From NCBI GenBank assembly GCA_964187785.1, contig OZ076409.1, forward strand, positions 34,908,001 to 34,972,000: a stretch of DNA of 64,000 bases, read 5' to 3'. The notes under the pieces are model-generated. The model did not search any database and had not been told where the DNA came from. It saw nothing but the letters and a program-made list of their open reading frames with translations. The position numbers were made by a program, and so were the translations under genes. Below, in pieces: positions 37,653-48,920 of this stretch. This DNA is from Amphiscolops sp. MND2022. Taxonomy: Eukaryota. The first letter of the stretch is position 1. Every line of letters starts with the position of its first letter.

Positions 37653-37938
37653 GATTGCAACATTGAGCAGAAAAATGGCGAGTTGAAATTTCACATTCTA
37701 TCTTGAAGCAATGCTTTTGAAATCTTTGAGAACTTTGCTTTTGTCCTGTTTTGTAGAGAAACATCAATTGTCCAAGTAGCTGTTCTGTTTGAGTTTTTGT
37801 GAACAGAACAGCTACTTGGACAATTGATGTTTCTCTACAAAACAGGACAAAAGCAAAGTTCTCAAAGATTTCAAAAGCATTGCTTCAAGATAGAATGTGA
37901 AATTTCAACTCGCCATTTTTCTGCTGAATGTTGCAATC
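37653..37938. repeat. Long fold-back palindrome (~137-bp arms, ~12-nt loop)
   Basis: Near-perfect reverse complementarity gattgcaacatt...gttctgtt / aacagaac...aatgttgcaatc. Confidence 0.95.
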
Positions 37939-38634
37939 CAACCGTTGTGCTTTTCTGGTCTCGTCTTCCTTGCAGTTGGAATGCTTTCTAACTGGCCGCA
38001 GTTCAGAGAGTTGAAAAGTGCAAACTTGTTTTTCAGATCTCAAGCTACGAACGGATGAATTCACAAAAACTTGGAGACCCGTGATTTTTGTTTCTTTGTC
38101 TGAATTAATTTGTTTTGTTTCCTTTTAATTGATTTTTTCCGTTGAAATGATTTTGATAAAGTACAGTAGGTTCTTGAGATGAAGAGGAATCGTTTGAAAA
38201 AGTTTTCTACGTTCTTTGGAGGTTTAAGGTCGTTCGGTGCCCTCGTTTTGCTGCTTCCTTTTTCATAAGAAATTCTGTAAACTGCTTGGAAGTTTTTTTT
38301 CATAATGCATAGATACGCTTTAAGCACTTTAGAAACTGCTTGGAAGTTTTACAAAATTTTTCATGCAGGGTCGCTGAATTTTCCATGCTTTATAAAAAAT
38401 TAGCCTGCATGCATGAATGCAGCATGGAAAACTTGCCGGCAGGGTCAACTACGGGTACTTGTAACTGTATTGGATCATAGTAGTAGACCTTGTGCATATC
38501 GAACTTCGAAAAAAATCCATCTGATCAAAAGTATTTGTTATAAAATTTTTTGGGTTGAATGACAATTTTATAAATCTTGAGCAATGGCAAATTCAAGTTC
38601 AATACCTCCAGTGTTCCAGGGATATTCTAGTTCC

Positions 38635-38937
38635 TCATAGTTTTTCCAATCCAGAAAGGTAAGATTTGTAATCAATAAATGGCTTATTAAACTGTTGGAA
38701 GTCCTCCAGAGATTTGATCCGTTCAATCCAGGCATTGAGATAAGGGAAGCTTCGGAACTCGAAGTTGATCAACTCCAGTTGCGCGATCGTAACGAACACG
38801 GCGAGATCAGCCAATGAGAGCGCGTCATCGGCCAAGAATGGCTGCATTGATAAGTTTCGATCCAAGTTTCTCATCTCTTCAACAATGTTTTGAGGGACGG
38901 TAATCTGTCTATTGCCCACCAATTTCTGGTCGATTAC
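38635..38937 (-). CDS. Glutathione S-transferase (theta/delta-like), last exon
   Basis: FLADDALSLADL N-capping motif, FPYLNAWIERI. Confidence 0.85.
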   Translation of the reverse strand, partial: VIDQKLVGNRQITVPQNIVEEMRNLDRNLSMQPFLADDALSLADLAVFVTIAQLELINFEFRSFPYLNAWIERIKSLEDFQQFNKPFIDYKSYLSGLEKL

Positions 38938-39307
38938 CTTCAAAAAAGTTAACGAAAACTGTTTGACTTTGATGAAAACTCAAATCAAAAAGGAAGAAAA
39001 AACTCCGATCAAATGAAGTTTTCAAAATTTATGAAAACAAATGATGAAGGCGAGAAAACAAGCAATTAGGAAAACCTCTTCCGTTTATTCTATTTGAAAT
39101 TTTAGTTACTGTAGTGTTTGCTGACATGCGTTCACGTTATGACTACTTTTGTCTCTCATTAAAATGCTTTGACAAAATTATAAAAAAACTAGCCTGTTTT
39201 GAAGCAGCATGATCTTCAAAGATATATCCAAAGTTATCCAAAGATATATCCAAAGTATACATGGATTTCCTACTCCGCTTATGCATAAAAATAGTCCAGT
39301 AATTTAC

Positions 39308-39572
39308 CTGCTCGATGAAGCCAGTGATTGCCGGATAAATTTGTCTGGCGTCCATATCGAGGAGCACATCTATTTTGTATCTCCGGCGATCATCCCACCC
39401 GTCTGGGTACAGACTGATGCCTCGATTGCCCCCGTACGAAGTGGCGTTGGAGAAGTTCTTGCAGAGGTACTTCATAATAGCACGGTGCTCCACTGGGAAG
39501 TTCTGATTCGCTGCCGAGTCTGACGAGTTTAGCTGAGGTGTCGCCCGATAGGGATCGAAGTTGTCGTGGAAC
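39308..39572 (-). CDS. Glutathione S-transferase, internal exon
   Basis: FDPYRATPQL...VEHRAIMKYL...LYP....RYKIDVLL (cf. NP..TVP.L, ESRAI..YL); CGTAG acceptor, GTAAAT donor in phase with the last exon; first exon not found. Confidence 0.8.
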
Positions 39573-40106
39573 CTACGATTGGATTGGACTTCATTGTGGA
39601 GAACGAAAAACTATATGAGCTCATTACCTTTTCATGCAACTAAAAGAAACATTTGGAGATTCGCAGAAGGCACAATATTATCGTGGATCTTGAAAAGTTT
39701 TTTCTAGAAAACTGAAACACTTTGATAAATGAAAACGTTTGCTGCTTTTTCGACTTCAACAGTGATTAGTTTGTTGCAGATCACAGATGAAATTGAAATT
39801 TCCGCTTTTAGAAATACAGTAGACTCCGCATAATTGCACTCCGGCTAATAGCACACCCTGCATAATTGCACACAAAATCAAATCCCCGTCCACGCACCTG
39901 ACTAATTTACTCCGCGTATTTGCACTCTGCATAATAGCATACTCTGCCTATTTGCACAAGATTTTTCTCAGAAAAACGTCCACAGCATCGTGTATTTGCA
40001 AACTTTTTCCGATTGGCTGGTCAGTGTAAATACATTTGTTTTCAGATTGAGTTTTGTATTATTGTATGTCGCAACTGTACGCCACCGAACAAATCCAAAT
40101 AATGAA

Positions 40107-42447
40107 TGTCACGACCCGCTCCCGGTCGTAATTTCTACTGCTGTAGCGGCATACCCGGCTTTGGAAGAGGTCGAGGACAAGGCCGAGGTAAACTCTATTA
40201 AACTAATTTTAAACTAATCTAAAATTCTACTTACAGTACAGCTAAATCGATTGCAGATAATTTTCCGAATACAAAACCTAGCGTAAACGTTACGGAACAC
40301 TTTTCAGAAATGATTTTTAGCTAAAACTTCCGGTCAAATATTCTCCGCGCGTGATAAGATTTTTCATTTCCGGTATGATCTTCTGATTTTCTGCCATACT
40401 AATCTAAACACTAAAATGAACATTTATAATTGGGATCATTCTTCCACTGGTCCACACTAAAATGAAAACATTAAAATAAAATTCAATTCCGAGATCCCAA
40501 CGGAATTCATACAATCTAAAATGAAAAGGAACAAACAAATAATAGAGCGGAGTTGTTTTCCAGAGATGAAGTGGTTGTAAATATTCACTTAAAGCACAGC
40601 CAAGTGATTTAGGCAAATATTTACAACGCTATGGCAACGTCAATCTACTGAGCTAATATTAGGAATTTTGCTTCTACGGACCGATAACGTCACTCTATTG
40701 ATAGAACTATTCTTAGCTAAGTCGAATAGAATCAATTTCGGTTGCCCCTAGCAACACCAATTGGAATAAGAGAAAGAGAATGAATTCACCTACGCACTCC
40801 GTTTTCTCTTCGCTTGGTCCGACAGCTAAGCTATGAGCAATCTCAATACGTACGGAACACTTACGGAGCGGATTGTAAAATTGTATTCCGCTGTTCAGCT
40901 ATAGATAATCTTAATACGTAGCACCTACGGAGCGGAGAGTAAAACGCAAATGAATAACACTGCTTCAAACGAAATCCAAACAAGGCTTTTCAAATCGATG
41001 CTCTTGGAAGATTTAAGACTTATGATTTTACATAAAGGAAACTGTACTGTAAGGAAGAATGATAGGAAATTGCAATGGTAATTTTATGTTCTGGATTTGT
41101 ATCATCATAGTAAATCACTAAAACACGTTGACATTACGCCTTACTTAGTTTCTCTTTAAGGGAACAAATCTATTTGATTTACTACGGCATTCAAAATATC
41201 TTAATGATAATCCTAACGTAGGACGTAAGGTCAACGTCAATTCATAGGCTCCAAGCCAGTAGTGACAGTTGTATTTCATGATAATGACAATCGGGCTAGT
41301 GATCAGACTTCGATTATGTTTTGATAAACTTCATGATTATTGTGCAAAGTGTTGAAGTTGCTTTCCGTTTATTATTACGAATATGTTGCGCTCATCTTTG
41401 TTGTATCTCGTTAAAGTCCCGTTTGGACTTAATTTGTGTTCAATGTAAACAATATAGCATACCATTAGCAGGTAATTCATATGTTTGAATTTGAGATTAT
41501 AATTTCAGCATCGTTTGTTCCTTTATACCAAATTTCCATGTTTTTCCCCCGCTTCCAAATTGATTTATTCCGTCGTCATTCCGTCACCATTTTTGAGTGT
41601 CATTCTGTTGCTCCGAATCTCAGCTTCCCAAATTGAAAGTTGACTAATTGTTCATGCCGGCGTGCTTACGCTGATGAAAATGCAAGCTAGACTTTGTTTT
41701 ACCGCAATTTTGAGACCTAAACAGGAAATGGAATTGCCTGAACAAAAATGATTTCAACAAATTTTACGGGACGCTGACGCAACTAGGAATTTTGATGCCT
41801 GATTTTACGACGCGGGACTGAAATGATATGAATCACTAGCGCTTTTTGTTGAACAAACCCGATTTTTGTGATACCTAGGAATTTTTAGGTGAGGAACAAA
41901 TGATGCTGGGAAGGTATAAATATGTAATACATACATGTAAACACACAATTTTGACTTGCCTTGTAACAATCAGTTTTGTTCCGTTACTATAACGTATCCA
42001 AAAGAAAACTTAAATCTTTGAAGAATTCAACTTTTCCAAAGATACTCTCTCTCTCTCTCTCGATCAAAATGACAACTAGAAGCCAGAAGAGGAAAGCTGT
42101 AGCTGAGTTAGTGCCAGGAGATTTCGAAGTTTCTCTGAATGAAAATGGCTCTATTGAAAACCTGATACCTAGCTCTAGTAAAAATCCTAGACTTGAGCTT
42201 GAAAACCTGGAAGAAATGAAAACAACTCTGAGAAAAGAAATAATGACTGATCTAACAAAGATATTAGCCGAAAATCAAAAGGAAATGCTCAAATTAATAG
42301 CACCTACGAACAAGAAACGCACAGTTAGTTCGAACATACAAGATTCTGATTCTGACCAAGAAAACATCTCCGTAACAAGAACGTCCACCCCAGTCAAAAC
42401 ACAAACTGCGACTAATTCTAAAACAACACCGAACAATAGTCGTAACA
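40107..42447 (+). repeat. 5' LTR of element B
   Basis: Direct repeat of 54389-56730. Confidence 0.97.
41915..41920 (+). promoter_or_regulatory. Putative LTR TATA box
   Basis: GGTATAAATA ~150 bp upstream of the gag ATG. Confidence 0.5.
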
Positions 42448-43478
42448 TGGTGACAGGAGTCCTCAATGATTCCACTAACCAACCCACCAAAAGACCAAAA
42501 GTACAACGTATACTCAGCGAACAACCAAAAGACCGACCATCCACGTCAAAGATATTGTTCGCACCACAACCACAGACATTCCCATCAACCAATCTACTTC
42601 CGATGCCGAAAGCACTCACTGCTTCGCTCCCAGTTTTCGATGGTAAGTCCGAAAAGTTTGAAATTTTTGAGGACCTATTCCGAAACAATATCAAAATGTA
42701 TCCTCACCTAACCGAGATACAAAAGATCAACTATTTCCATTCACTCCTACGAGGAAACGCACTACAAGCGTATTGTAATCTAGATGACACCAAAAAAGAC
42801 AACCTAGAAGAAGTCATAACGGCATTTAAACGCCGCTTTGGTGATTTCCAATCATCCGCTAAAGCGAGATGTGAGTGGGACGCCCTGCATTTTGACCCCA
42901 CTAAACAGAAACTCCATGAGTTCCTTGACACCCTGCAAAAAACTGCAAAAGAAACATTCGGCTCAGAAGCACAAAAATTCATTGATAAAGCAATCTACGC
43001 CAAAATGCCCGATCACGTCAAAAAGATCCTCAACAGAGCATATTTGTAAGATAATCCCTACAATGATATAGTTTTACATCTTGAGAGGGAGATGAGATTA
43101 AACGGACTAGGTGCGCCCGATGAAACAATCCTAGTCCCACTCAACACAGTGGACGCTGTAGTGACGGACCATAAAAAAGACCAACAACAACGAGGCCATT
43201 GTTTTCACTGTGGCAAATATGGCCACTACAAAGCACAGTGTCGCAAACTTCAACGAGAACGTTATAATACAGCCAAAACAAACACAAAAGACCCAGCCCA
43301 AAACGAAGTACCCAAACCCAAGTGTGATACATGTGGCAAGATGCACAAAACTGAGAATTGTTGGAACGGAGCCAACGCAGTAAATGACCCCAGAAAGAAG
43401 AAACGAGAATTCACCATCCCAACCAACAAAATCAGTGAACAACCTGTACCTACCACGTCCTCTCAGCCAAAAAACTAA
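42069..43478 (+). CDS. gag: gag of element B (one in-frame TAA at 43047-43049)
   Basis: LPVFDGKSEKFE.FE capsid-like motif; two zinc knuckles CFHCGKYGHYKAQC and CDTCGKMHKTENC; both halves are in the same frame. Confidence 0.9.
42448..42460 (+). other. Primer binding site of element B (tRNA-Leu-like)
   Basis: TGGTGACAGGAGT directly after LTR CA; resembles Leu PBS TGGTGTCAGGAGT (from memory). Confidence 0.6.
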
Positions 43479-46400
43479 AGTCGCCGCGCCTACGATTTGG
43501 GGAAAAAGTAGACGCGAGGGCGTACACGATAGAGGACCCCCCAAACAGGTATGAAGAAGATTTTTTAACCGAATGTAATGAAGAACCAACTCAAGACTGG
43601 CAACGCCGTTGGAACGTAGGCATGATACTCAGGCATAACGCCAGACACCCAGAAGATCCAACACCACTACCCCAGTGGATAACAGAATCGCCCGATAACT
43701 ATGCGACACTCAAAAGACCGTTGCCGGAATCAAAAACAGACCGAATTTATATATATGACAGAGACTACAGATGCGACCCTTGGGATGAACCAACTATCTA
43801 TGATACAAATAAACTATCCTTCAAAATCCAAGTCTCAAACCCTCAAGCTCAAACTACGAAGACCACAAACCTACCGTCACCGCCGTCACCGATCCTGAAA
43901 AGAACAACACCGTCCCCAACAGCACCCGTCACCGTCACGTCCACACCGATCGATGCCGAAAACATCATATGCATTGAAGACAAAACAATATGGTCACGAC
44001 AAGCAAGAGAACAGCGAGAAAACACCGCTTCGCTCTCGTCATCACCACAAACCGCGCCAGCCACAGCAATAGCCGCTGAAGACGAAGAAATAACGGAATG
44101 TCACCCAACACTACCAGAAGATCTAGATGTCATCAAAGAATTCATCCAGCACGACAAGGAAGACGACTACATCCCGTTAATGTCTGCAATTGCCCTCAAG
44201 AAGAAAAAGAGAATGCTCTTCTTGCCAACCGAATTCAACACTGTCAAAATCGAAGCCTTAGTCGACTCAGGTGCGTACATTAATGCTATTAGCGAAAGGG
44301 AAGCTGAAAAACTCCACCAAAATGCGAGTCAATGCATTGTTAACAAAGCACCTCCACCCCCTTTCAAAGTGCAATACGCCAATGCCGAACTAGAACAACC
44401 ACTTGCCACGTACACTCTACGCTTCAAAATAGGGGATTACACTTTTGAAGAAACATTCATCATCATGAATCAAACGTCATTCCCCATAATTGGATTAGCG
44501 TTTCTACGAAAGCATGCCGCAATCCTTGACACGGCACAGGGAACCATCAACTTTCCCAAGATCCAGATCACGATGGCGCTCACAGACGAAAGACAAAAGT
44601 GCAATCCCAAACCTATCACGATAAAGACCGAAGCCAAACACACAATTCCAGCACACTCTACCCGAATCATATACGCAACAATCCCTGTGAGTACCGAACA
44701 CTCAATAACGGGCACAATACAACCCCTACCACAATTCGATGAATGTGCGAAAGTAATAGTAGCCCCAGCGATTACAACAGCCAGAGATAAAAAGCTCCCA
44801 ATTAAAATCGCCAACACCACGGATTTCCCATACACAATAGCAAACGACACCAAAATGGCCGAACTGCAAATCCTGAAACCCGAAGAAACGAAGATGATCC
44901 GTCCAGTTGACATTGCCGCCCTGAATCTCCTCAATGACCATGACGATGTGGTCACGTACATCAACGCACTAATGCAAGTAGAACGGCCAGAAGACAACGA
45001 AGAAAAATTCTGGTTCCCGACCCCAGAACACCCAGGCAACGAACAAGAACATTCGCCCATACAAAAGCGAATCCTGAAAGAACTGCGGGACCTTGCCGAA
45101 TTAGAAAAACTTGACCCAACCGAAAACGAAGACTCTCGCAACAAATTTCTATCAATGTTCAAATGGACAGACTCACTAATTGCGGGCAAAGACCGTGAAA
45201 ATCTTGAGGACACCATTGTTGAATTCAATGACATCTTTGCTCGACACCGACTAGATATCGGGATGAATACACAGTTCAAAGTCAGCCTAACACCACAGAA
45301 CGACAAACCAGTCTACACACAGAGCTTACCCGTCCCGATCAACCTCAAAGAAGACCTAACAGTGGAACTGGCACTGATGCACAAATACGGCATCATCACG
45401 ACACTCCCCTTCTCCAAGTACGCCAGTCCTATATTTGCACAACGGAAACCCAACGGCAAACTGAGACTACTGGTGGATCTGCGCAAAATCAACGCACTCA
45501 TAGCAGATGACTACATCAACAACAACCACCCTGTCAGCACCCTCTCAGATGCGGCACAACACCTAGCAGGGAAAAAACTATTCTGCAAACTTGACTGCTC
45601 CCAGGCGTATCACTGCCTTCAAATGGCAGACCAAAGGTCAGTAGAGTTACTTGCTTTTAATTTTGCTAGTAGGACGTTCGCCTATCGTCGTCTGGCACAA
45701 GGACTAAGCAGAGCTCTATCAGCCTTTTCGAGCTTCATGCGTGAGTATCTGGACTCAGTCATCAAAGCCGATCAATGTGCACAATACGTAGATGACATTG
45801 GCATTGCCGCAAACACAACGGAACAGCTCATAAAAATTATCAGAGCAGTCTTCAAATGCATTCGGAAAGCAGGACTAAAACTAACCATCGAAAAATGCCA
45901 TTTTGGAGTAACCCAAATCGAATTTCTTGGCCGAACCATCACCCCCGACGGAGTGGCCCCGCAAGATCAAAAAGTCAAAAATTTCCTCTCCAAAGTACGC
46001 TTCCCCAAATCCAAAAAACAAGTTCAAAAGTATATTGGCTTTGTTAACTATTACCGCAACTACATACCGCGCTTATCAGAAAAACTCATCGGCATGTACG
46101 AACTTCTTAAAGCAGACTCCAAGATCAGAATTTCAGAAGAACTTGTCGATAACTTTAAGGAAATCAACGCCAGTTTAGCGGAAGCTTGTGAACTCGCACT
46201 AAGACAGCCTATAGCAGGGAAACAGTACGTTCTAATGACGGACGCAAGCTTTCGTGCGTCAGGCTACGCCCTCATGATTGAGGAGAATGATGAACGCAAA
46301 ATACTCTCCAAACGGAAAACTTTCGCACCAGTAGCGTTCGGATCACGAGTTTTTTCACCTGCACAACTGAAAATGTCTATCTACTGCAAGGAATTCTTAG

Positions 46401-48766
46401 CAATCTACCATGCATTCCTCGAATACTGCCACATACTATGGGAAGCAACAATTCCAACCCTGGTCTTAACAGACAACCGCTCAGTAACGAGATTCTTCCA
46501 GACCAAAACGACACCCCCTGCACTCTGGAACGCTTGCGACTATGTATTACAGTTCAAGTTTCGAATTATGCACGTAGCAGGCTCCCAAAACACAGCAGAA
46601 GATTTTCTCTCAAGACTCGAACTTACACCGAAAGAAAAGGTACAACTTAAACTACGAGACGACATCCTAACGTCCCCAATTGAGGTCAATCTACAATCAT
46701 CAGATGTAGCTGATGAAGAACAACTTTTCTTCCTACCTGATGAAGAAGATGAATCTGAACAAGAAATCTTTGCCCGAAAAGCACTCAGCAAACGTCGCGC
46801 CCTAGACGAACATGAGAGAGAACTATCAACAAAAGTAACCGAAGTCATCAAGATACCACTCAACTCCGCAGTCTACTCCTTCGGTGCAATCAAAGAAAAT
46901 GCACGGATCAGAAACGAGCAAGATGCAGACCCTCTCCTCAAAGCACTGAAACAACGGATCTCACACGAAGAATATGACAAACACCTTCTCAAAACTGAAC
47001 CACGAGGACGAAACCTATTACGTCATGAAGAAAGAATCATAATGAAAGATGGAGTTCTGATGCGGAAATACTATGGAGAAGACGGATCAGTCACCCATAA
47101 TCAAATTATAATTCCGAAACACCTAGTCCCAGAACTCTTGGCCACTCTACATGGGAAAACAAATAAACACCCAGGAATCACAAAAATGATACAAGAATGC
47201 AGAGCGAAATACTACTTCCCGGGTCTTGCACGTAAAATCAGAGCTTGGGTAACCAGCTGTCAAGACTGCATTGCCAATAAAAGAATTGACACAAAACAAA
47301 TACGCCCCAAAATGCTAAGCAACACTGATTTCACAATGGGCCCAGAAGACTGCCTAGAAGTAGACATTCTACCAAATCTACCTTCCTCAAATGGATACCA
47401 ACACATCATAACGATGATGGATGTTTTTTCGCGTTACCTTTTCGCTTACCCGACACAGGACATGACAGCCAAAACAGTCGCACGATGCATAATAGACGTC
47501 ATGACACGACACTGCTACCTGCCGACCGTCATTCTAACGGATAAAGGATCACAATTCAGGTCAGAAGTAGTCAATCAAATAACACAAACACTGGATATAC
47601 GGATAAGCCACGCATCGACGAAACACGCTCAAACAATTGGCATCCTAGAAAATCCTCATGCCTCTTTGAAAACCTCCCTAAAGATATCAACGGGAGAACG
47701 ACGCTCTATGTGGCATAAATATGTCCAGATCGCGGTCATGAACTACAATACGAGCTATCATGAAAGCCTAGGTTGTGAAACTACAACAGTATTTCACGGA
47801 CGCATTCCGTACAACATCCTAGACATAAAACTCGGATTGAAACCGGAATGGAAAAAAGATAACAACGAAGAACTGACGGATCAACTACAGAAGCAAATAT
47901 CCGAAATACACCAAGCCGCCAAAGAAAATCTAATGCAGTCCTACTTAAAGTACAAACAGTACTATGACCAGAAAGCGACAGCAACGCCACTCAAAGTCAA
48001 CGACTACTGCTACGTCCTTAATCCGAAGGCAGACAATCAGTCGATGAAATTTGCCTTTAAAGATTGCATTTGGACTGGACCCTACATAGTAGTCAAAGTA
48101 CTCTCGAACAACAACTACGTCGTACGCCGCACGGGAACTAGGTATACTCAAACCCTCCACAGAATTCGCCTAAGGCTATATGCGCCCAATCAGCGAGTAC
48201 CTGATGTAACAGTCAGAAGGGAAGATTACCTTCCAGACCCAGAGGTTAAAACAACCCACAATGATTGGTACGCACAAGCTTGGGAAACCGAATTCGGAGA
48301 AGTTCTGTTCGGAAACAATACGGAAAACGCCGCCAAAGAAGCTACACTTACAGAAATCGAAGACATAGCAGGAAACGACGAAAGTACAACGGAAAATGAT
48401 GTGGTTAAAACAACCACCAAAGAAAGTATAGTGGAAAACGACGTAGTTAAAATAACCACAGACGAACCTACAACGGAAAACGACGTGGCTCAAACAGCCA
48501 CAAATGAAAATACTGCAGAAGATAAAACACCTTCCGACAATATAACGTCATTTGACCTAGATGTCAGCGATAACCCATATATTTTGACCCCACCACCGAT
48601 ACACAGCCCTCCCAAAACACCCGAATTGCCGCCTATCGTCGTTGGATATAACCCTAGAAAAGTGGGAAGATACAACTTACGACCTAATCCGAAACCCAAT
48701 GTCAATCCTGATTTTCGAATGCTTGACTCAGCTACTACGGAGGACTCACGTCTAACTCAAGACTAG
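43472..48766 (+). CDS. pol: pol of element B (PR-RT-RH-IN), intact, -1 frame relative to gag
   Basis: ALVDSGA, LRLLVDLRKIN, YVDD, MTDAS, HHCC, D-D-E core, WTGPY; frame is open from the gag end. Confidence 0.97.
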   Translation, partial: KLKSPRLRFGEKVDARAYTIEDPPNRYEEDFLTECNEEPTQDWQRRWNVGMILRHNARHPEDPTPLPQWITESPDNYATLKRPLPESKTDRIYIYDRDYRCDPWDEPTIYDTNKLSFKIQVSNPQAQTTKTTNLPSPPSPILKRTTPSPTAPVTVTSTPIDAENIICIEDKTIWSRQAREQRENTASLSSSPQTAPATAIAAEDEEITECHPTLPEDLDVIKEFIQHDKEDDYIPLMSAIALKKKKRMLFLPTEFNTVKIEALVDSGAYINAISEREAEKLHQNASQCIVNKAPPPPFKVQYANAELEQPLATYTLRFKIGDYTFEETFIIMNQTSFPIIGLAFLRKHAAILDTAQGTINFPKIQITMALTDERQKCNPKPITIKTEAKHTIPAHSTRIIYATIPVSTEHSITGTIQPLPQFDECAKVIVAPAITTARDKKLPIKIANTTDFPYTIANDTKMAELQILKPEETKMIRPVDIAALNLLNDHDDVVTYINALMQVERPEDNEEKFWFPTPEHPGNEQEHSPIQKRILKELRDLAELEKLDPTENEDSRNKFLSMFKWTDSLIAGKDRENLEDTIVEFNDIFARHRLDIGMNTQFKVSLTPQNDKPVYTQSLPVPINLKEDLTVELALMHKYGIITTLPFSKYASPIFAQRKPNGKLRLLVDLRKINALIADDYINNNHPVSTLSDAAQHLAGKKLFCKLDCSQAYHCLQMADQRSVELLAFNFASRTFAYRRLAQGLSRALSAFSSFMREYLDSVIKADQCAQYVDDIGIAANTTEQLIKIIRAVFKCIRKAGLKLTIEKCHFGVTQIEFLGRTITPDGVAPQDQKVKNFLSKVRFPKSKKQVQKYIGFVNYYRNYIPRLSEKLIGMYELLKADSKIRISEELVDNFKEINASLAEACELALRQPIAGKQYVLMTDASFRASGYALMIEENDERKILSKRKTFAPVAFGSRVFSPAQLKMSIYCKEFLAIYHAFLEYCHILWEATIPTLVLTDNRSVTRFFQTKTTPPALWNACDYVLQFKFRIMHVAGSQNTAEDFLSRLELTPKEKVQLKLRDDILTSPIEVNLQSSDVADEEQLFFLPDEEDESEQEIFARKALSKRRALDEHERELSTKVTEVIKIPLNSAVYSFGAIKENARIRNEQDADPLLKALKQRISHEEYDKHLLKTEPRGRNLLRHEERIIMKDGVLMRKYYGEDGSVTHNQIIIPKHLVPELLATLHGKTNKHPGITKMIQECRAKYYFPGLARKIRAWVTSCQDCIANKRIDTKQIRPKMLSNTDFTMGPEDCLEVDILPNLPSSNGYQHIITMMDVFSRYLFAYPTQDMTAKTVARCIIDVMTRHCYLPTVILTDKGSQFRSEVVNQITQTLDIRISHASTKHAQTIGILENPHASLKTSLKISTGERRSMWHKYVQIAVMNYNTSYHESLGCETTTVFHGRIPYNILDIKLGLKPEWKKDNNEELTDQLQKQISEIHQAAKENLMQSYLKYKQYYDQKATATPLKVNDYCYVLNPKADNQSMKFAFKDCIWTGPYIVVKVLSNNNYVVRRTGTRYTQTLHRIRLRLYAPNQRVPDVTVRREDYLPDPEVKTTHNDWYAQAWETEFGEVLFGNNTENAAKEATLTEIEDIAGNDESTTENDVVKTTTKESIVENDVVKITTDEPTTENDVAQTATNENTAEDKTPSDNITSFDLDVSDNPYILTPPPIHSPPKTPELPPIVVGYNPRKVGRYNLRPNPKPNVNPDFRMLDSATTEDSRLTQD

Positions 48767-48920
48767 CTAAAAAACTCAAAAAACCAAACCGAACCGGAAT
48801 GGCTACGGCAATTTTTCTCAAGATTCTCTAAAACTACATACCCAAAAACTAATACAACAAAGATCAGCAGACAATAAAAGGAAAATATAACTACATCAAA
48901 ACCCAAATGAAACTAAATCA

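Noticed and set aside
44470..45306. 278-aa antisense ORF within pol
   Set aside because: Shadow frame of pol, no motifs
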